The notes below the pieces were generated by a model, which worked only from the letters and a program-made list of their open reading frames with translations, had not been told where the DNA came from and did not search any database. Source: Verrucomicrobiia bacterium (GTDB taxonomy: Bacteria > Verrucomicrobiota > Verrucomicrobiia > Limisphaerales > UBA1319). Taken from it: a stretch of 64,000 nt of DNA. Made by a program: the position numbers and the translations under genes. The DNA lies in contig OY760937.1 in assembly GCA_963664225.1 (NCBI GenBank), positions 2,368,001 through 2,432,000 on the forward strand. Reading direction: 5' to 3'. This document shows positions 46,600 through 56,905 of this stretch, in pieces. Position 1 is the first letter of the stretch; the number at the start of each line of letters is the position of its first letter.

Positions 46600-49500
46600 A
46601 AACCACACCACTACTCAGCCTCCTGCGTCTGATCCTGGGAATCAGCCTGCTTCAAGCCCCGGCAATTCTTGCGCAGCCATTCACAAAATTATCCGAAGGG
46701 CCCAATCCCAAAATTGTGGCTCATGCCGAGGAGTTTCCTGGCGGCTACAGTGTCCAAAACATGCTTCAGAAGCCATGGAAGCACAGCCAAAACCAGGAGT
46801 ATGCCTCTCACAGCAAGGGGGTGCAGACTTTCATCGACTTTGACTTTGGCCAACCGGTCAGGATCGCGGCATTCCGTCACATGCAGCGCAGCACCCCGGA
46901 TATCATCGCCACGGCAAAGCTCATTTTCAGCGATGACAAGGAATTCAAGGAGGTTCTGAAAACTGTGGACGTCAAACACGTTGAAAAGCCCAACGGGTTG
47001 ACCTTTGCCGCATTTCCACCTGTTCAGGCGCGCTATGTCCGCTGGCAGGTGACCGCGATGATTCCCGGATCCTCGCCCAACGTGGGGGGCAAGGGCATCG
47101 AATTCCTGACCCCGGGCGAGCCCGAATCCACTCCGCAAGGGACTGAAGTATCCGCCAGCACAATTCAGGTGATCGATCGTGAAGCGGGCTCCCTGGTTCA
47201 GCCCCTCAAAGTCACCCTGGATTATCCCTACGCCGAGACCGCCAAAGCCATCGTGCATGTGGAAGGTCAGGATCCAAAATCCGTGGATCTGAGTTTTGGC
47301 AGCCAGGTTTTGGACTTCAAGGTGGCCGCTTTGGACACCGAAAGGAACTTGAAGGTTGACGTCGAAGTGAACGGCCAAAAAGCAGTCTCAAAAACCGTGT
47401 CCATCAAGCCGGCCCGAAAACTGACAGTCTATGTGCTGCCGCACTCCCACACGGATATCGGCTACACCGCCATTCAAACCGATATCGAGGAAAAGCAGGT
47501 CAATAATCTCATGCAGGGAATTGCAGAGGCGCGGCGCACCGCCAGCTATCCCGAAGGCTCCCGCTTCAAATGGAATGTGGAAGTGGCCTGGGCCGCAGAC
47601 CTATTTCTGGATCGTCTTTCACCCGCGCAAAAGGAGGATTTCCTGGATGCCGTCAAACACAAACTCGTGATTCTAAACGGAATGTATCTCAACGAACTCA
47701 CCGGACTTTGCCGACCTGAAGAATTGATCCGTTTGTTCCGGTATGCCACGGAGCTTCGGGAACGCACCGGAGCCCCCATGGATTCGGCCATGATCTCCGA
47801 TGTTCCCGGTTACACTTGGGGAACCGTGACCGCCATGTCCCAGGCGGGAATCCGCTATTTTTCTGTGGCGCCCAATTACTTCGATCGCATTGGAACCATT
47901 CTGGTCGAGTGGGAGAACAAACCGTTCTGGTGGATCGGGCCGGATGGCAAGAGCAAGGTCCTGGTCTGGATTCCGTTTTGGGGTTACGCCATGTCGCACC
48001 GCTATGGGAAGATGTCCCACCAACTGGTGGAGGATTTCTGCAATGGCCTGGATAAACGATCCTATCCCTACGACATTGCCTACGTGCGCTGGGCGGGCCA
48101 CGGAGACAATGCGGTTCCCGATCCGGCCATTTGTGATTTCATAAAGGATTGGAATGCCGCGCACGCATGGCCTCAATTCATCATCAGTGGCACCGGAGAG
48201 GCCTTCAGCGCCTTTGAAAAACGTTATGGGGACAAGATTCCCCAGGTGCATGGCGACTGGTCTCCCTACTGGGAGGATGGGGCGGGTTCCTCTGCCGCGG
48301 AAACCACGATGAACCGTGCCAGTTCCGAACGCCTTACCCAGGCGGAGACCCTCTGGGCCATCAACAATCCATCCCAGTATCCGCTCAAAAGCTTCAAGGA
48401 CGCCTGGAATAATGTGCTTCTCTATTCGGAACACACCTGGGGGGCCTACTGCAGCATTTCGGATCCGGCCAATCCGTTTTCCACCGACCAATGGACGATC
48501 AAGCAATCCTATGCCACTGCGGCCAATCTCCAATCCCGGCAACTCCTGAGCGAGGCCGCCCTCACCAAACCGATCAAACCGGTCAAACCAGTCGCAAATA
48601 CCACCAAGCCGGGTGACGCAAAGAACGACCGGTTCATGGATGTCTATAACACCACCTCCTGGCCGCGAACGGAGCTGGTTTCCATACCCAACGAACTCTC
48701 CGAAGGCGGTGATTTTGTCCTGGATGATCAGGGTCGGAGAGTGCCCGCGCAAAGGCTCGCCAATCGGGAACTGGCCATCATGGCAAACGACCTGCCACCA
48801 TTTTCTGGACGTCGATATACACTTATTGGCCAGCCAAGGGAGGGCGTCAAGAATCCTGAATTCGTTCCCGCCAAAGCCAGCGCAGAGTCCGCCTCTCTGG
48901 AGAATGGATTGATCACGGTCCGTCTGGATCCAAAAACCGGTGGCATCATCGAACTGCGCGTAAAGGGCATTGATCAAAACCTGGCAGACACCGCCGGGGA
49001 TCATCGCCTCAATGATTACCTCTACATGGTCGGCGATGACACCACCAAGCTGCTCCGCAATGGGCCGGTGAAGATTACGGTGCTGGATAACGGTCCGCTC
49101 GTGGCATCGCTGAAGGTGGAGTCCGATGCCCCGGGCACCTACAAACTGGTGCGCGAAATCCGCATTGTGTCCGGTGGCGATTACGTGGAATTGATCAACC
49201 GGGTGGATAAGAAACGGTTGGATGCCCCGAACTATTATGCCTTTGATGGCAAGGAGAGCGTTAACTTTGCCTTTCCTTTCAATGTCCCCGGCGGGGATGT
49301 GCAGATGGACCTCCCGCTGGCCCTGATGCGCGTGGATCAGGACCAGATGCCCAGCGCCTGCAAAAACTGGCTCACCGCCGGGCTTTGGGCGGACGTGGCC
49401 AATGAGGAATTCGGTGTGACCTGGGTCACGCTGGATGCGCCCCTGGTCCAGGTGGGTGGGATTACGGCCAACCTGCTCAATTCCCAAACCAATCCGGAGA

Positions 49501-49973
49501 CCTGGCGCAAAAAGATCGAGCCCACCCAGAAACTCTATTCCTGGGCCATGAACAATCACTGGGGCACCAATTACCGCGCCTATCAGGAAGGCCCCAATTT
49601 ATTCCGGTTTATCTTGAGGCCGCATGGCCAGCGCAATCACCCCGACGCCTCGCGATTTGCGGTGTGCTTCAGTCAGCCCCTGGTGGTGACACCCGGACGC
49701 GGGACCGCACCGAAGACCACCTCGCTGGTCAGCATCGAACCGGCCGATGTCATGGCCATCGCCTTGAAACCCAGCGACGACGGCAAGGCCTTTATCCTGC
49801 GCCTGTATGGAACAGGCAACCAGGTCGCCAATGCGAAGATCACCTGGCCCAACCACGCGTCTGCAAAAATGTGGCTCAGCGACACCAGCGAGAAACCGCT
49901 GAAGGCCATTTCGGGGACAGCTGAGGTTCCCTCGCATGGCGTAACCACGATACGGGCTGAATTGAGAAAATAA
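46596..49973 (+). CDS. GH38 alpha-mannosidase-like protein with N-terminal discoidin-like domain
   Basis: PHSHTDIGY, DVPGYTWG, DW.PYWEDG, LYSEHTWG, MNNHWGTNY; signal peptide. Confidence 0.85.
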   Translation: MKTTPLLSLLRLILGISLLQAPAILAQPFTKLSEGPNPKIVAHAEEFPGGYSVQNMLQKPWKHSQNQEYASHSKGVQTFIDFDFGQPVRIAAFRHMQRSTPDIIATAKLIFSDDKEFKEVLKTVDVKHVEKPNGLTFAAFPPVQARYVRWQVTAMIPGSSPNVGGKGIEFLTPGEPESTPQGTEVSASTIQVIDREAGSLVQPLKVTLDYPYAETAKAIVHVEGQDPKSVDLSFGSQVLDFKVAALDTERNLKVDVEVNGQKAVSKTVSIKPARKLTVYVLPHSHTDIGYTAIQTDIEEKQVNNLMQGIAEARRTASYPEGSRFKWNVEVAWAADLFLDRLSPAQKEDFLDAVKHKLVILNGMYLNELTGLCRPEELIRLFRYATELRERTGAPMDSAMISDVPGYTWGTVTAMSQAGIRYFSVAPNYFDRIGTILVEWENKPFWWIGPDGKSKVLVWIPFWGYAMSHRYGKMSHQLVEDFCNGLDKRSYPYDIAYVRWAGHGDNAVPDPAICDFIKDWNAAHAWPQFIISGTGEAFSAFEKRYGDKIPQVHGDWSPYWEDGAGSSAAETTMNRASSERLTQAETLWAINNPSQYPLKSFKDAWNNVLLYSEHTWGAYCSISDPANPFSTDQWTIKQSYATAANLQSRQLLSEAALTKPIKPVKPVANTTKPGDAKNDRFMDVYNTTSWPRTELVSIPNELSEGGDFVLDDQGRRVPAQRLANRELAIMANDLPPFSGRRYTLIGQPREGVKNPEFVPAKASAESASLENGLITVRLDPKTGGIIELRVKGIDQNLADTAGDHRLNDYLYMVGDDTTKLLRNGPVKITVLDNGPLVASLKVESDAPGTYKLVREIRIVSGGDYVELINRVDKKRLDAPNYYAFDGKESVNFAFPFNVPGGDVQMDLPLALMRVDQDQMPSACKNWLTAGLWADVANEEFGVTWVTLDAPLVQVGGITANLLNSQTNPETWRKKIEPTQKLYSWAMNNHWGTNYRAYQEGPNLFRFILRPHGQRNHPDASRFAVCFSQPLVVTPGRGTAPKTTSLVSIEPADVMAIALKPSDDGKAFILRLYGTGNQVANAKITWPNHASAKMWLSDTSEKPLKAISGTAEVPSHGVTTIRAELRK

Positions 49974-50008
49974 CCAGTTCACCCAGCTGCATAGGTGTCC
50001 CTGACACG

Positions 50009-51001
50009 ATGAAAATCTTTGCCGGAATTGACAGTGGCGGAACCCGGGCGCGGCTGGCCCTTGTCCAGGAGGACGGCCGCGTCATTGGTTATGCCGAAGG
50101 CAAGTCGTGTTGTTTCACCGATCAGGGCATGGATGGCGCAAGGGAAGCACTCAAAACCATCTGGCAGGAGGCGTGGTTATCAACTGGAACCTCCGTCCAG
50201 CCCGCAACGGCCCTGTTTCTTGGCCTTGGCAGCATCCTGGCCGGGGCCGACGCCCGCATCAATTGTGAGCTGGCCGTGTCTCTTGGCTTGGCCCCGGAGC
50301 CTGCGGTTCAAGCGCAGAACGACGCCTGGAACGCCATGGTCGGAGGATTGTGCGGCCGGGCTGGTGTGTTGCTGATTGCAGGCACCGGTTCGGCCTGCCT
50401 CGGACGCAATGCAGCCGGTGAAGTCTGGCGCGCCGGTGGATGGGGTTACAAGCTCGATGACCGCGGCAGCGCCTTTGCCTTGGGGCGCGCGGCCATGATT
50501 GCCGCCACCCGGGATGCGGATGGACGTGGCGCTCCAACCAGTCTCACCAAAATGGTCATCGATGCCCTTCACCTTTCCAGCATGGAAGAGATCTTCCGCC
50601 GCCTTCATCATGAGGGCGGATCACGCCATGATATAGCGGCCTTTGCCCCGCAGGTGATTCAGGCCGCCCAGGCCGGGGATGCGGTGGCTCTGGCGATTGT
50701 AAAAGAAGGAGCGGACGGTTTGGTCGAAATGGTGGCGACCGTCTCCAGAAAGCTTCAGCTCTCTAAACCGGACCTGGCCCTCACAGGCGGCCTGTTGTCC
50801 AACTCCCTCTATTACCAACAACGGTTCCTGGAAAAGCTGGCGAGAGACCTGCCCGGTTTCACGATCGTCCAGGATGGTCTGCCGCCTGTCCTGGGCGCGG
50901 TCATGCTCGCCGCGGAAAGTGTCTTTGGAAAACCGCTGTCCTCGTCCTTCATTGAAAATCTCCGAAACAGTGCCGCAAGGTTGGAACAGGTTCCCTCATG
51001 A
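50009..51001 (+). CDS. BadF/BadG/BcrA/BcrD-family sugar kinase (GlcNAc kinase-like)
   Basis: GIDSGGT, ND, IAGTGS, AGGWGY.LDD.GS. Confidence 0.88.
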   Translation: MKIFAGIDSGGTRARLALVQEDGRVIGYAEGKSCCFTDQGMDGAREALKTIWQEAWLSTGTSVQPATALFLGLGSILAGADARINCELAVSLGLAPEPAVQAQNDAWNAMVGGLCGRAGVLLIAGTGSACLGRNAAGEVWRAGGWGYKLDDRGSAFALGRAAMIAATRDADGRGAPTSLTKMVIDALHLSSMEEIFRRLHHEGGSRHDIAAFAPQVIQAAQAGDAVALAIVKEGADGLVEMVATVSRKLQLSKPDLALTGGLLSNSLYYQQRFLEKLARDLPGFTIVQDGLPPVLGAVMLAAESVFGKPLSSSFIENLRNSAARLEQVPS

Positions 51002-52755
51002 GAAAATCCAATTACGATAAATTTCCCGTGGTGGCCGTTCCAGACACCGCAGAGGCCTGCGTCACGGGTTGGACCGGAATCGTGGATTGCCTTCGCGATG
51101 CCATCCATAAACGATCCTCCCGCAAGACGGTGCTTGTTGTGGAATGCTATGCCGGGGTCGATGAGGACCAGCTTCTTCGCGAATTACAGACTGGTCTAAA
51201 GCCTTCCAGGATTATCCATGCCGCGCAGGGCCTGTTCTCCCCCGCGCAGATTGACCGGCTGGTGGAACCTTTTCTGGGAGGCGATGATCCTGTCTTTGGA
51301 TTCCTCTCCGGATTAACCCTTCCCCAGTTTTTCGATCCTGAAAAAGTCGGCCACTTTCGTCAAAAGATCGAAACGGTCGAACAGGGATTGGTGCTGGTTG
51401 TGGGGTGCGGCGCCGCGGTGTTGGCCCAAGGCGATCTCCTGGTTTATGCCGACCTGGCGCGATGGGAGGCGCAACTGCGATTCCGCCGGCACGTGACCGG
51501 CAACCTGGGGGCTGCTAACAAAGCCCAAGGCGCCGGACTCAAATACAAACGCGCTTTCTTTATCGACTGGCGTGTCTGCGATCGATGGAAGCGTAAACTC
51601 ATGTCACAATGTGACTTTGTCCTGGACACCAATAATCGCACCGAACCCAAAATGGCCACAGGGGACGCCGTGCGAAAAGGGTTGCAGCATGCCGCGACCC
51701 GCCCGTTCCGTGTAGTCCCTTTTTTCGATCCCGCACCCTGGGGCGGTCAATGGATGAAAACTGTTTGCGACCTCGACCCATCGGCTCCCAATTACGGCTG
51801 GTGCTTTGACTGCGTGCCGGAGGAGAACAGCCTGCTGCTCGGATTCGGTGAGGCCCGTTTTGAAATCCCCTCCATCGACCTGGTGTTTGCGCATCCCCGC
51901 GAGCTTCTGGGTGACGCCGTGCATGCCCGTTTCGGGGATGAGTTTCCCATTCGCTTCGATTTTCTGGATACGATGCAGGGGGGCTGTCTATCGTTCCAGG
52001 TCCATCCTTTGACCGAATACATCCAGCACCACTTCGGCATGCACTACACTCAGGACGAAAGCTATTACCTCCTGGACGCCGCGCCCGACGCCCATGTCTA
52101 TCTCGGACTCCGCAAAGACTGCAATCGCGGGGAAATGATCCGGGACCTGACCCTCGCGCAGACGGGAGCGATCCATTTCCCAGTGGAGAAATATTCCAAC
52201 AAATGGCCCGCTCGAAAACATGACCATTTCCTGATACCGGCCGGAACCCCGCATTGCTCAGGAGCCAGCGCGATGGTCCTGGAGATCAGCGCCACCCCAT
52301 ATATCTTCACCTTCAAAATGTGGGACTGGGGACGCCTGGGTCTCGATGGCAAACCCCGTCCCATTCACCTCGATCATGGCCTGGCGAATATTCAATGGGA
52401 CCGCACAACAGACTGGGTGAAAAACGAGCTCATCAATCGATTCACGCCCCTTCGCAATGGCGAAGGGTGGCGCGAGGAATCCACCGGCCTGCATGCGCGG
52501 GAATTTATCGAAACGCGCCGCGGCTGGTTTACCGGTGTGATGCCCCATGAAGCAGGCCATGAGGTCAATGTCCTCAACCTGGTGCAGGGGGACGAGGCCA
52601 TCATCGAAAGCCCGGATGGCCGCTTCGAGCCATTCATCGTTCATTACGCCGAAACCTTCATCGTTCCCGCAGCCGCGGGAGCCTATACCATCCGCCCCCA
52701 TGGCCGGGCGGCAGGCTCCGAATGCGCCATCGTGAAGGCCTTTGTTCGCACCTGA
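50998..52755 (+). CDS. Class I mannose-6-phosphate isomerase-like protein with N-terminal extension
   Basis: PWGGQWMK, FPIRFDFLDT, LSFQVHP, QDESYY, IPAGT.HCSG, LEISATP. Confidence 0.85.
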   Translation: MRKSNYDKFPVVAVPDTAEACVTGWTGIVDCLRDAIHKRSSRKTVLVVECYAGVDEDQLLRELQTGLKPSRIIHAAQGLFSPAQIDRLVEPFLGGDDPVFGFLSGLTLPQFFDPEKVGHFRQKIETVEQGLVLVVGCGAAVLAQGDLLVYADLARWEAQLRFRRHVTGNLGAANKAQGAGLKYKRAFFIDWRVCDRWKRKLMSQCDFVLDTNNRTEPKMATGDAVRKGLQHAATRPFRVVPFFDPAPWGGQWMKTVCDLDPSAPNYGWCFDCVPEENSLLLGFGEARFEIPSIDLVFAHPRELLGDAVHARFGDEFPIRFDFLDTMQGGCLSFQVHPLTEYIQHHFGMHYTQDESYYLLDAAPDAHVYLGLRKDCNRGEMIRDLTLAQTGAIHFPVEKYSNKWPARKHDHFLIPAGTPHCSGASAMVLEISATPYIFTFKMWDWGRLGLDGKPRPIHLDHGLANIQWDRTTDWVKNELINRFTPLRNGEGWREESTGLHAREFIETRRGWFTGVMPHEAGHEVNVLNLVQGDEAIIESPDGRFEPFIVHYAETFIVPAAAGAYTIRPHGRAAGSECAIVKAFVRT

Positions 52756-52836
52756 ATGAGGCTGCAACCTTGCAGGCTATTCGAATCCGGAGCCGGGCCC
52801 ATCCAAGGCGGCATCGCTTTGGTCAATTCGCATCCG

Positions 52837-52874
52837 TTGACATATTTTATTTCGTGAGACATATTTGTATCACG
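52837..52874 (+). promoter_or_regulatory. TA promoter with overlapping operator palindrome
   Basis: TTGACA-N17-CATATT, with CGTGAGACA-TATT-TGTATCACG immediately before the antitoxin ATG. Confidence 0.6.
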
Positions 52875-53129
52875 ATGAAGGAAGCAACCGTAAGGGATTT
52901 GAGAAATCGGTTTGCGCTTGTTGCCGCGTGGATCAATGAGGGCGAACCCGTGGAAATTACGCGCAGGGGAAAAGTGTTTGCTCGATTGGTGCCGGCGAAA
53001 CCCGAAAAGCAGGGCCGTTTTAAAATGCCGGACATCATGGCGCGCTTAAATCAAACATTCGGCGATAGACTCTACCACGCCGATGACATGGCGCGGGGAT
53101 TGGCTGAAAGCCGGGGGAATCGTTCATGA
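52875..53129 (+). CDS. Phd/YefM-family antitoxin
   Basis: MKEATVRDLRNRF....W..EGE.VEITRRGKVFARLVP. Confidence 0.88.
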   Translation: MKEATVRDLRNRFALVAAWINEGEPVEITRRGKVFARLVPAKPEKQGRFKMPDIMARLNQTFGDRLYHADDMARGLAESRGNRS

Positions 53130-53578
53130 AAGCCTATCCGGATACTAGTTTCCTGTGTGCATTTTATGTAAGGCAGTCAAATTCGCTGGCGGCAACAAGG
53201 TATGCGGCGGCAATGCGGGAACCGCTTTATATCACCGCCCTTTTGGCCTACGAATTCCGACAGTCTCTTCGTTTTCAAGTCTGGCGAAATCTTGCCAATC
53301 CCCGCGAAGGCATTTCCCTTGCGGATTCGCAGGCGGCCTTGAACCAATTTGATTCAGACCTGGCAGGCGGCGTTGCCGTTCTTGCGTCCTGCAATTACCA
53401 GGATGTCTTCAGCAGGGCCGATGCTTTGTCAAACCGCCATTCTTCCTCGGGCGGACACCGGAGTTTTGATATCCTTCATGTGGCAACCGCCTTGCATCTG
53501 GGCGCGCGCGAATTTCTGACCTTTGACCTCAACCAGCGAAAACTGGCATTGGCTGAGAAACTGAAGGTAAAGCCGTGA
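53126..53578 (+). CDS. vapC: VapC (PIN domain) toxin
   Basis: YPDTSFL, RSFDILHVATA, FLTFD..QRKLA; ATGA overlap with the antitoxin. Confidence 0.9.
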   Translation: MKAYPDTSFLCAFYVRQSNSLAATRYAAAMREPLYITALLAYEFRQSLRFQVWRNLANPREGISLADSQAALNQFDSDLAGGVAVLASCNYQDVFSRADALSNRHSSSGGHRSFDILHVATALHLGAREFLTFDLNQRKLALAEKLKVKP

Positions 53579-53661
53579 TCGATCACGGTTCGCCTGTTCA
53601 GGGCACTCCTCACAAAGACCTGACGCACCTGCCCCCGCCTCGACATCATACGATAAAGTTT

Positions 53662-54780
53662 CTACCACGGCTTCTGCTCGTTTAAGGCGGCCACAATCGC
53701 GCGCTTTACCGCCAGTGCGTTGATGCTTCCCGATTCGTGATACACCACTTTGCCTTCCGGCGAGAGCAGCACCGTGTAGGGAATTTCCCCCTGCCAGTCC
53801 GGATCGAACGCGTTGATCAGGGATTCGCGGTCTGTGGAACCGAAGATCAGATTCCGGTTTGACGCATATTTCTTCTTCAGAAAACCCAGCACGCTTTTCT
53901 CTTCCTCGGGCCGGTTCATCGACACCGAAACAAACTCGAAATCGCGATGGCGATACATTCGGTTGATGGTCACAAACTCAGAGAACTCCACCATGCAGGG
54001 GGCGCAAGTGGTGGACCAGAAATTGACAAGGCGGAATTTCCCGGACTTGTTCTGGCGCAATTCCCGCAAGGCATTCGTATCCGCCAGGCTGAGTGTGACA
54101 GGCTCCGCATTCAGTTTGTCGATGAACGCCTGGGCGGCCTCGGCCTTTCCGGCCCATTTCACCGAGCACCCCACAACCTTCGTTTTCGTGACCGGCGGTT
54201 CCTTCCCGGCGAGCAATGCGTCCAGAGCATCGCGCACATACACCTTGCTCACACCCTTCACGCGCTCCGAATCGTCAATCGCCCCCACATACCGCAATTT
54301 GCGCTCCGCGTCGAAAATGAAAATATGCGGCGTTGCCACCGGGCCATAAGCATGAGCCGTCTCCTCGGTATCCCCGTCATAGAGATACGGAAAATTAAAG
54401 CCCCGGTCGCGCGCCCGGATTTTCATCTCCGCAAATGAATCGCTCAGATCGGCCCAGCCCAGTTCATCCAGCCTCACCGATTTGGGATCATTGGGCATGA
54501 TCGCAACCACAGCCACGCCCTTGGACTTGTAATCGTTGACCATGGCCTTGATCCGCTCCTCGTAGTACTGGGCCGTCGGGCAGTGGTTGCACGTGAAAAG
54601 GACCGCCAGAACTTTCGCCTCCTCGAAATCCTTCAGCGTGTAAGTGCGGTTGTCCACGCCGATCAGGCTGAAATCCGGTGCCTTCGCGCCGATGGCAAGG
54701 GTGGTGGGTTGATAATCTGCGGCGCAAACCGCCGCTGCTGACGCAAAGAAAACAGCCAGTGCCAGAGAGATCAGGTTCAT
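53662..54780 (-). CDS. Secreted two-domain redoxin (AhpC/TSA + TlpA-like)
   Basis: FTCNHCP..GCSVKW and VNFWSTTCAPC motifs; signal peptide. Confidence 0.85.
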   Translation of the reverse strand: MNLISLALAVFFASAAAVCAADYQPTTLAIGAKAPDFSLIGVDNRTYTLKDFEEAKVLAVLFTCNHCPTAQYYEERIKAMVNDYKSKGVAVVAIMPNDPKSVRLDELGWADLSDSFAEMKIRARDRGFNFPYLYDGDTEETAHAYGPVATPHIFIFDAERKLRYVGAIDDSERVKGVSKVYVRDALDALLAGKEPPVTKTKVVGCSVKWAGKAEAAQAFIDKLNAEPVTLSLADTNALRELRQNKSGKFRLVNFWSTTCAPCMVEFSEFVTINRMYRHRDFEFVSVSMNRPEEEKSVLGFLKKKYASNRNLIFGSTDRESLINAFDPDWQGEIPYTVLLSPEGKVVYHESGSINALAVKRAIVAALNEQKPW

Positions 54781-54871
54781 GAACGCACATTACTCCCGCC
54801 AACCATGCTGGCAAGGAGAAGCCGGGCCAATCCGTTCATCGAACACCGTTCTGAAACTCCGATCCGCCGCC

Positions 54872-56023
54872 TTAATCCATGGGCAGGCGGGGACTTCCTC
54901 CGCTGAAAAGCCGTCCAAAAACCCCGCCCTCGTTTCGGTCGCATTCCATCAGCACATGCCGTATGGCGGAGGCGCGGTTATCCACGCCCATTTTCGGGAA
55001 CACGCGCTCCACATGTTTCTCCACGGTGCGAGTGCTGATCCCTAAAATCAGGCCAATCTCAGGATTGTTTTTTCCCTCAACGATCCAATGCAGCACTTCG
55101 GCCTCGCGCGCGGTCAACCCAAAACGGCTCGCAAAGCGTTCCGGCGTTCGCAGTTTCTCCTCCGTCAGCAGCAAACGTCCGCCATTGCCGCCATCCCCTT
55201 GAAAACGCACACGAAGAGTGGAATCGGGCTGGCCGATGTTGAGAACCTGGGGCGCGTCCATTGATCCCCCGGATTCCAAAGAGGCGCGAAATCGTTGCAT
55301 CCATTGAACCACCACGTCTGGAAGTTGTTTGGAACCTCCTGCGGCATTCGGGAAATAGCTGCGCAGCAGTTTCTCCGCCTGCGGGGTGAGCCAGACCACC
55401 TGGTGGCGCTCGTTGAGCTGGATCAATCCCACGGAGGCCGAGTCCAATGCCTCTGTCACCGTTTTGGCCCGTTGGTCCACTTCCACAAAGGCAGCGGCAT
55501 TCTGGCGGGCCTGATACAGATGGGGGCGCAGAAACTCCAGCACCACACGGTCGCGTTCGCTGAAATCCCTGTTCTTCCGGTTGACGGCCAGGGCAATATC
55601 GCAAGGTGCGCCACGTTCAGAGAGAAGGCAGCCCATCTGAAAATTGGTGTCCAGATGGCAATACACCTCCCGGTATAAGCTCATTTCCCGAAATTTTCGA
55701 TCACTGATGAAATCCGAAACCTTGCGCACAAAATCCTTCGAATGCGGCTGCCTGAAATATTGGAGCACCGGATGCTCACCCAAATGGGCATTCAACGGGG
55801 GGGTCAAATCCACCATCCTTTGCACCCAGGGGCGAATCACGATATACGTTTCGTTCGTTTTGGAATTAATTTCGTTGTAGGCTAGATGATCCGCGGGGAT
55901 CAATTGCGCAATGCCATCCAGAATTGTTTCCGGCAGCCGCTTCACATTCGAGGGACAGTAAAGCGTTTGCAGGAACCTGGATATGTTCACCAAGTCATTC
56001 TGTCTCAAGAGTTTTGCGCTCAT
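54872..56023 (-). CDS. LuxR-family regulator with GAF/PAS-like sensor domains
   Basis: LTAREAEVL.WIVEGKNNPEIG.ILGIS.RTV.KH; NR..RDFSERDR..L..LRPHL. Confidence 0.88.
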   Translation of the reverse strand: MSAKLLRQNDLVNISRFLQTLYCPSNVKRLPETILDGIAQLIPADHLAYNEINSKTNETYIVIRPWVQRMVDLTPPLNAHLGEHPVLQYFRQPHSKDFVRKVSDFISDRKFREMSLYREVYCHLDTNFQMGCLLSERGAPCDIALAVNRKNRDFSERDRVVLEFLRPHLYQARQNAAAFVEVDQRAKTVTEALDSASVGLIQLNERHQVVWLTPQAEKLLRSYFPNAAGGSKQLPDVVVQWMQRFRASLESGGSMDAPQVLNIGQPDSTLRVRFQGDGGNGGRLLLTEEKLRTPERFASRFGLTAREAEVLHWIVEGKNNPEIGLILGISTRTVEKHVERVFPKMGVDNRASAIRHVLMECDRNEGGVFGRLFSGGSPRLPMD

Positions 56024-56092
56024 TTGAGTTTTTTGTCCGCACCGATTCTCCGGACTTGCACACGCGACTGGTTGCTCATCAAAGCAAAGCAC

Positions 56093-56110
56093 ATACGTGA
56101 GTCCACGTAT
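56093..56110. promoter_or_regulatory. Palindromic site upstream of the LuxR gene
   Basis: ATACGTG-AGTC-CACGTAT. Confidence 0.4.
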
Positions 56111-56417
56111 AGACAAATAAATGACGAAGATGCATGGTGGAGAGTGCAGGGCGAAATTCTTCAGGAAATAATAAAAAGCTTTAAAACGCCAGGGAGGTGT
56201 ATGGGACGAATGAACACATTTGGCCCAAGGAGTTGATCCCGCGATTCGTCACTCTACCCCCAAAAAACTTAATTGGCACGAGCGGGGGGGATATTTTGGG
56301 TTACACCAAAAGTCATGTGCGCCCGTTTGACAACCAGATAAGTATGGAGGCCACCGCATTTATCAAACAGGCTCCAAGTCAAAACAGCCTTAAATCGGTT
56401 ACACATGCGGTCTGTTT

Positions 56418-56783
56418 ATGGCTCTGATTCCATGCCGCGAATGCGGAAAAAAAGTCAGCACTTTGGCGATTGCATGTCCTCACTGTGGAGCGCCGCCGGA
56501 TCCTGTCCCTGCCGCATCGCCTGTCATTGTCGTCCAAATCCCGCCGCCGCGTGAATCCTCTGTTTGTCCCTGCTGCGAAGGCGCCAGGCTTGTCTCCTGC
56601 CCGGATTGCGGGGGCACTCGAGAGCATGCATGCCCGATGTGCGATGGAATAGGAATTGATTTTGACGACTACTACTGCAGGCAATGTGAAGGAAGCCAGT
56701 CCGTTCCATGTTCCCATTGTGGCGGGAAAGGATGGCTCGATTGTCCGATGTGCAGTTTGCCACAAACCTCAATGCGCCGGTGA
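56418..56783 (+). CDS. Zinc-ribbon + DnaJ-type CxxCxGxG repeat protein
   Basis: MALIPCRECGKKVS..A.ACPHCGAP, then six more CxxC motifs. Confidence 0.75.
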   Translation: MALIPCRECGKKVSTLAIACPHCGAPPDPVPAASPVIVVQIPPPRESSVCPCCEGARLVSCPDCGGTREHACPMCDGIGIDFDDYYCRQCEGSQSVPCSHCGGKGWLDCPMCSLPQTSMRR

Positions 56784-56829
56784 CGTAGATTCCGCTGCAA
56801 AGTGTGACCATCGTCCCTAATTCCACGTC

Positions 56830-56905
56830 AGAAAAACCAAAATCATCGCCATTCTCGGCCCCGCGACCAGCGCGCCGGAAATGATCGGACGCCCCATCAG
56901 CGTCG
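56830..56905 (+). pseudogene. pyk: Remnant of pyruvate kinase 5' end
   Basis: Translated by hand: RKTKIIAILGPATSAPEMIGRPI. There is no start codon and it runs into the 3' end of the next gene. Confidence 0.55.

Noticed and set aside
47673..49559. 628-aa antisense ORF over the GH38 gene (and similar ones at 27766-29133 and 57857-59296)
   Set aside because: In-register antisense frames typical of GC-rich genes, with no independent evidence.
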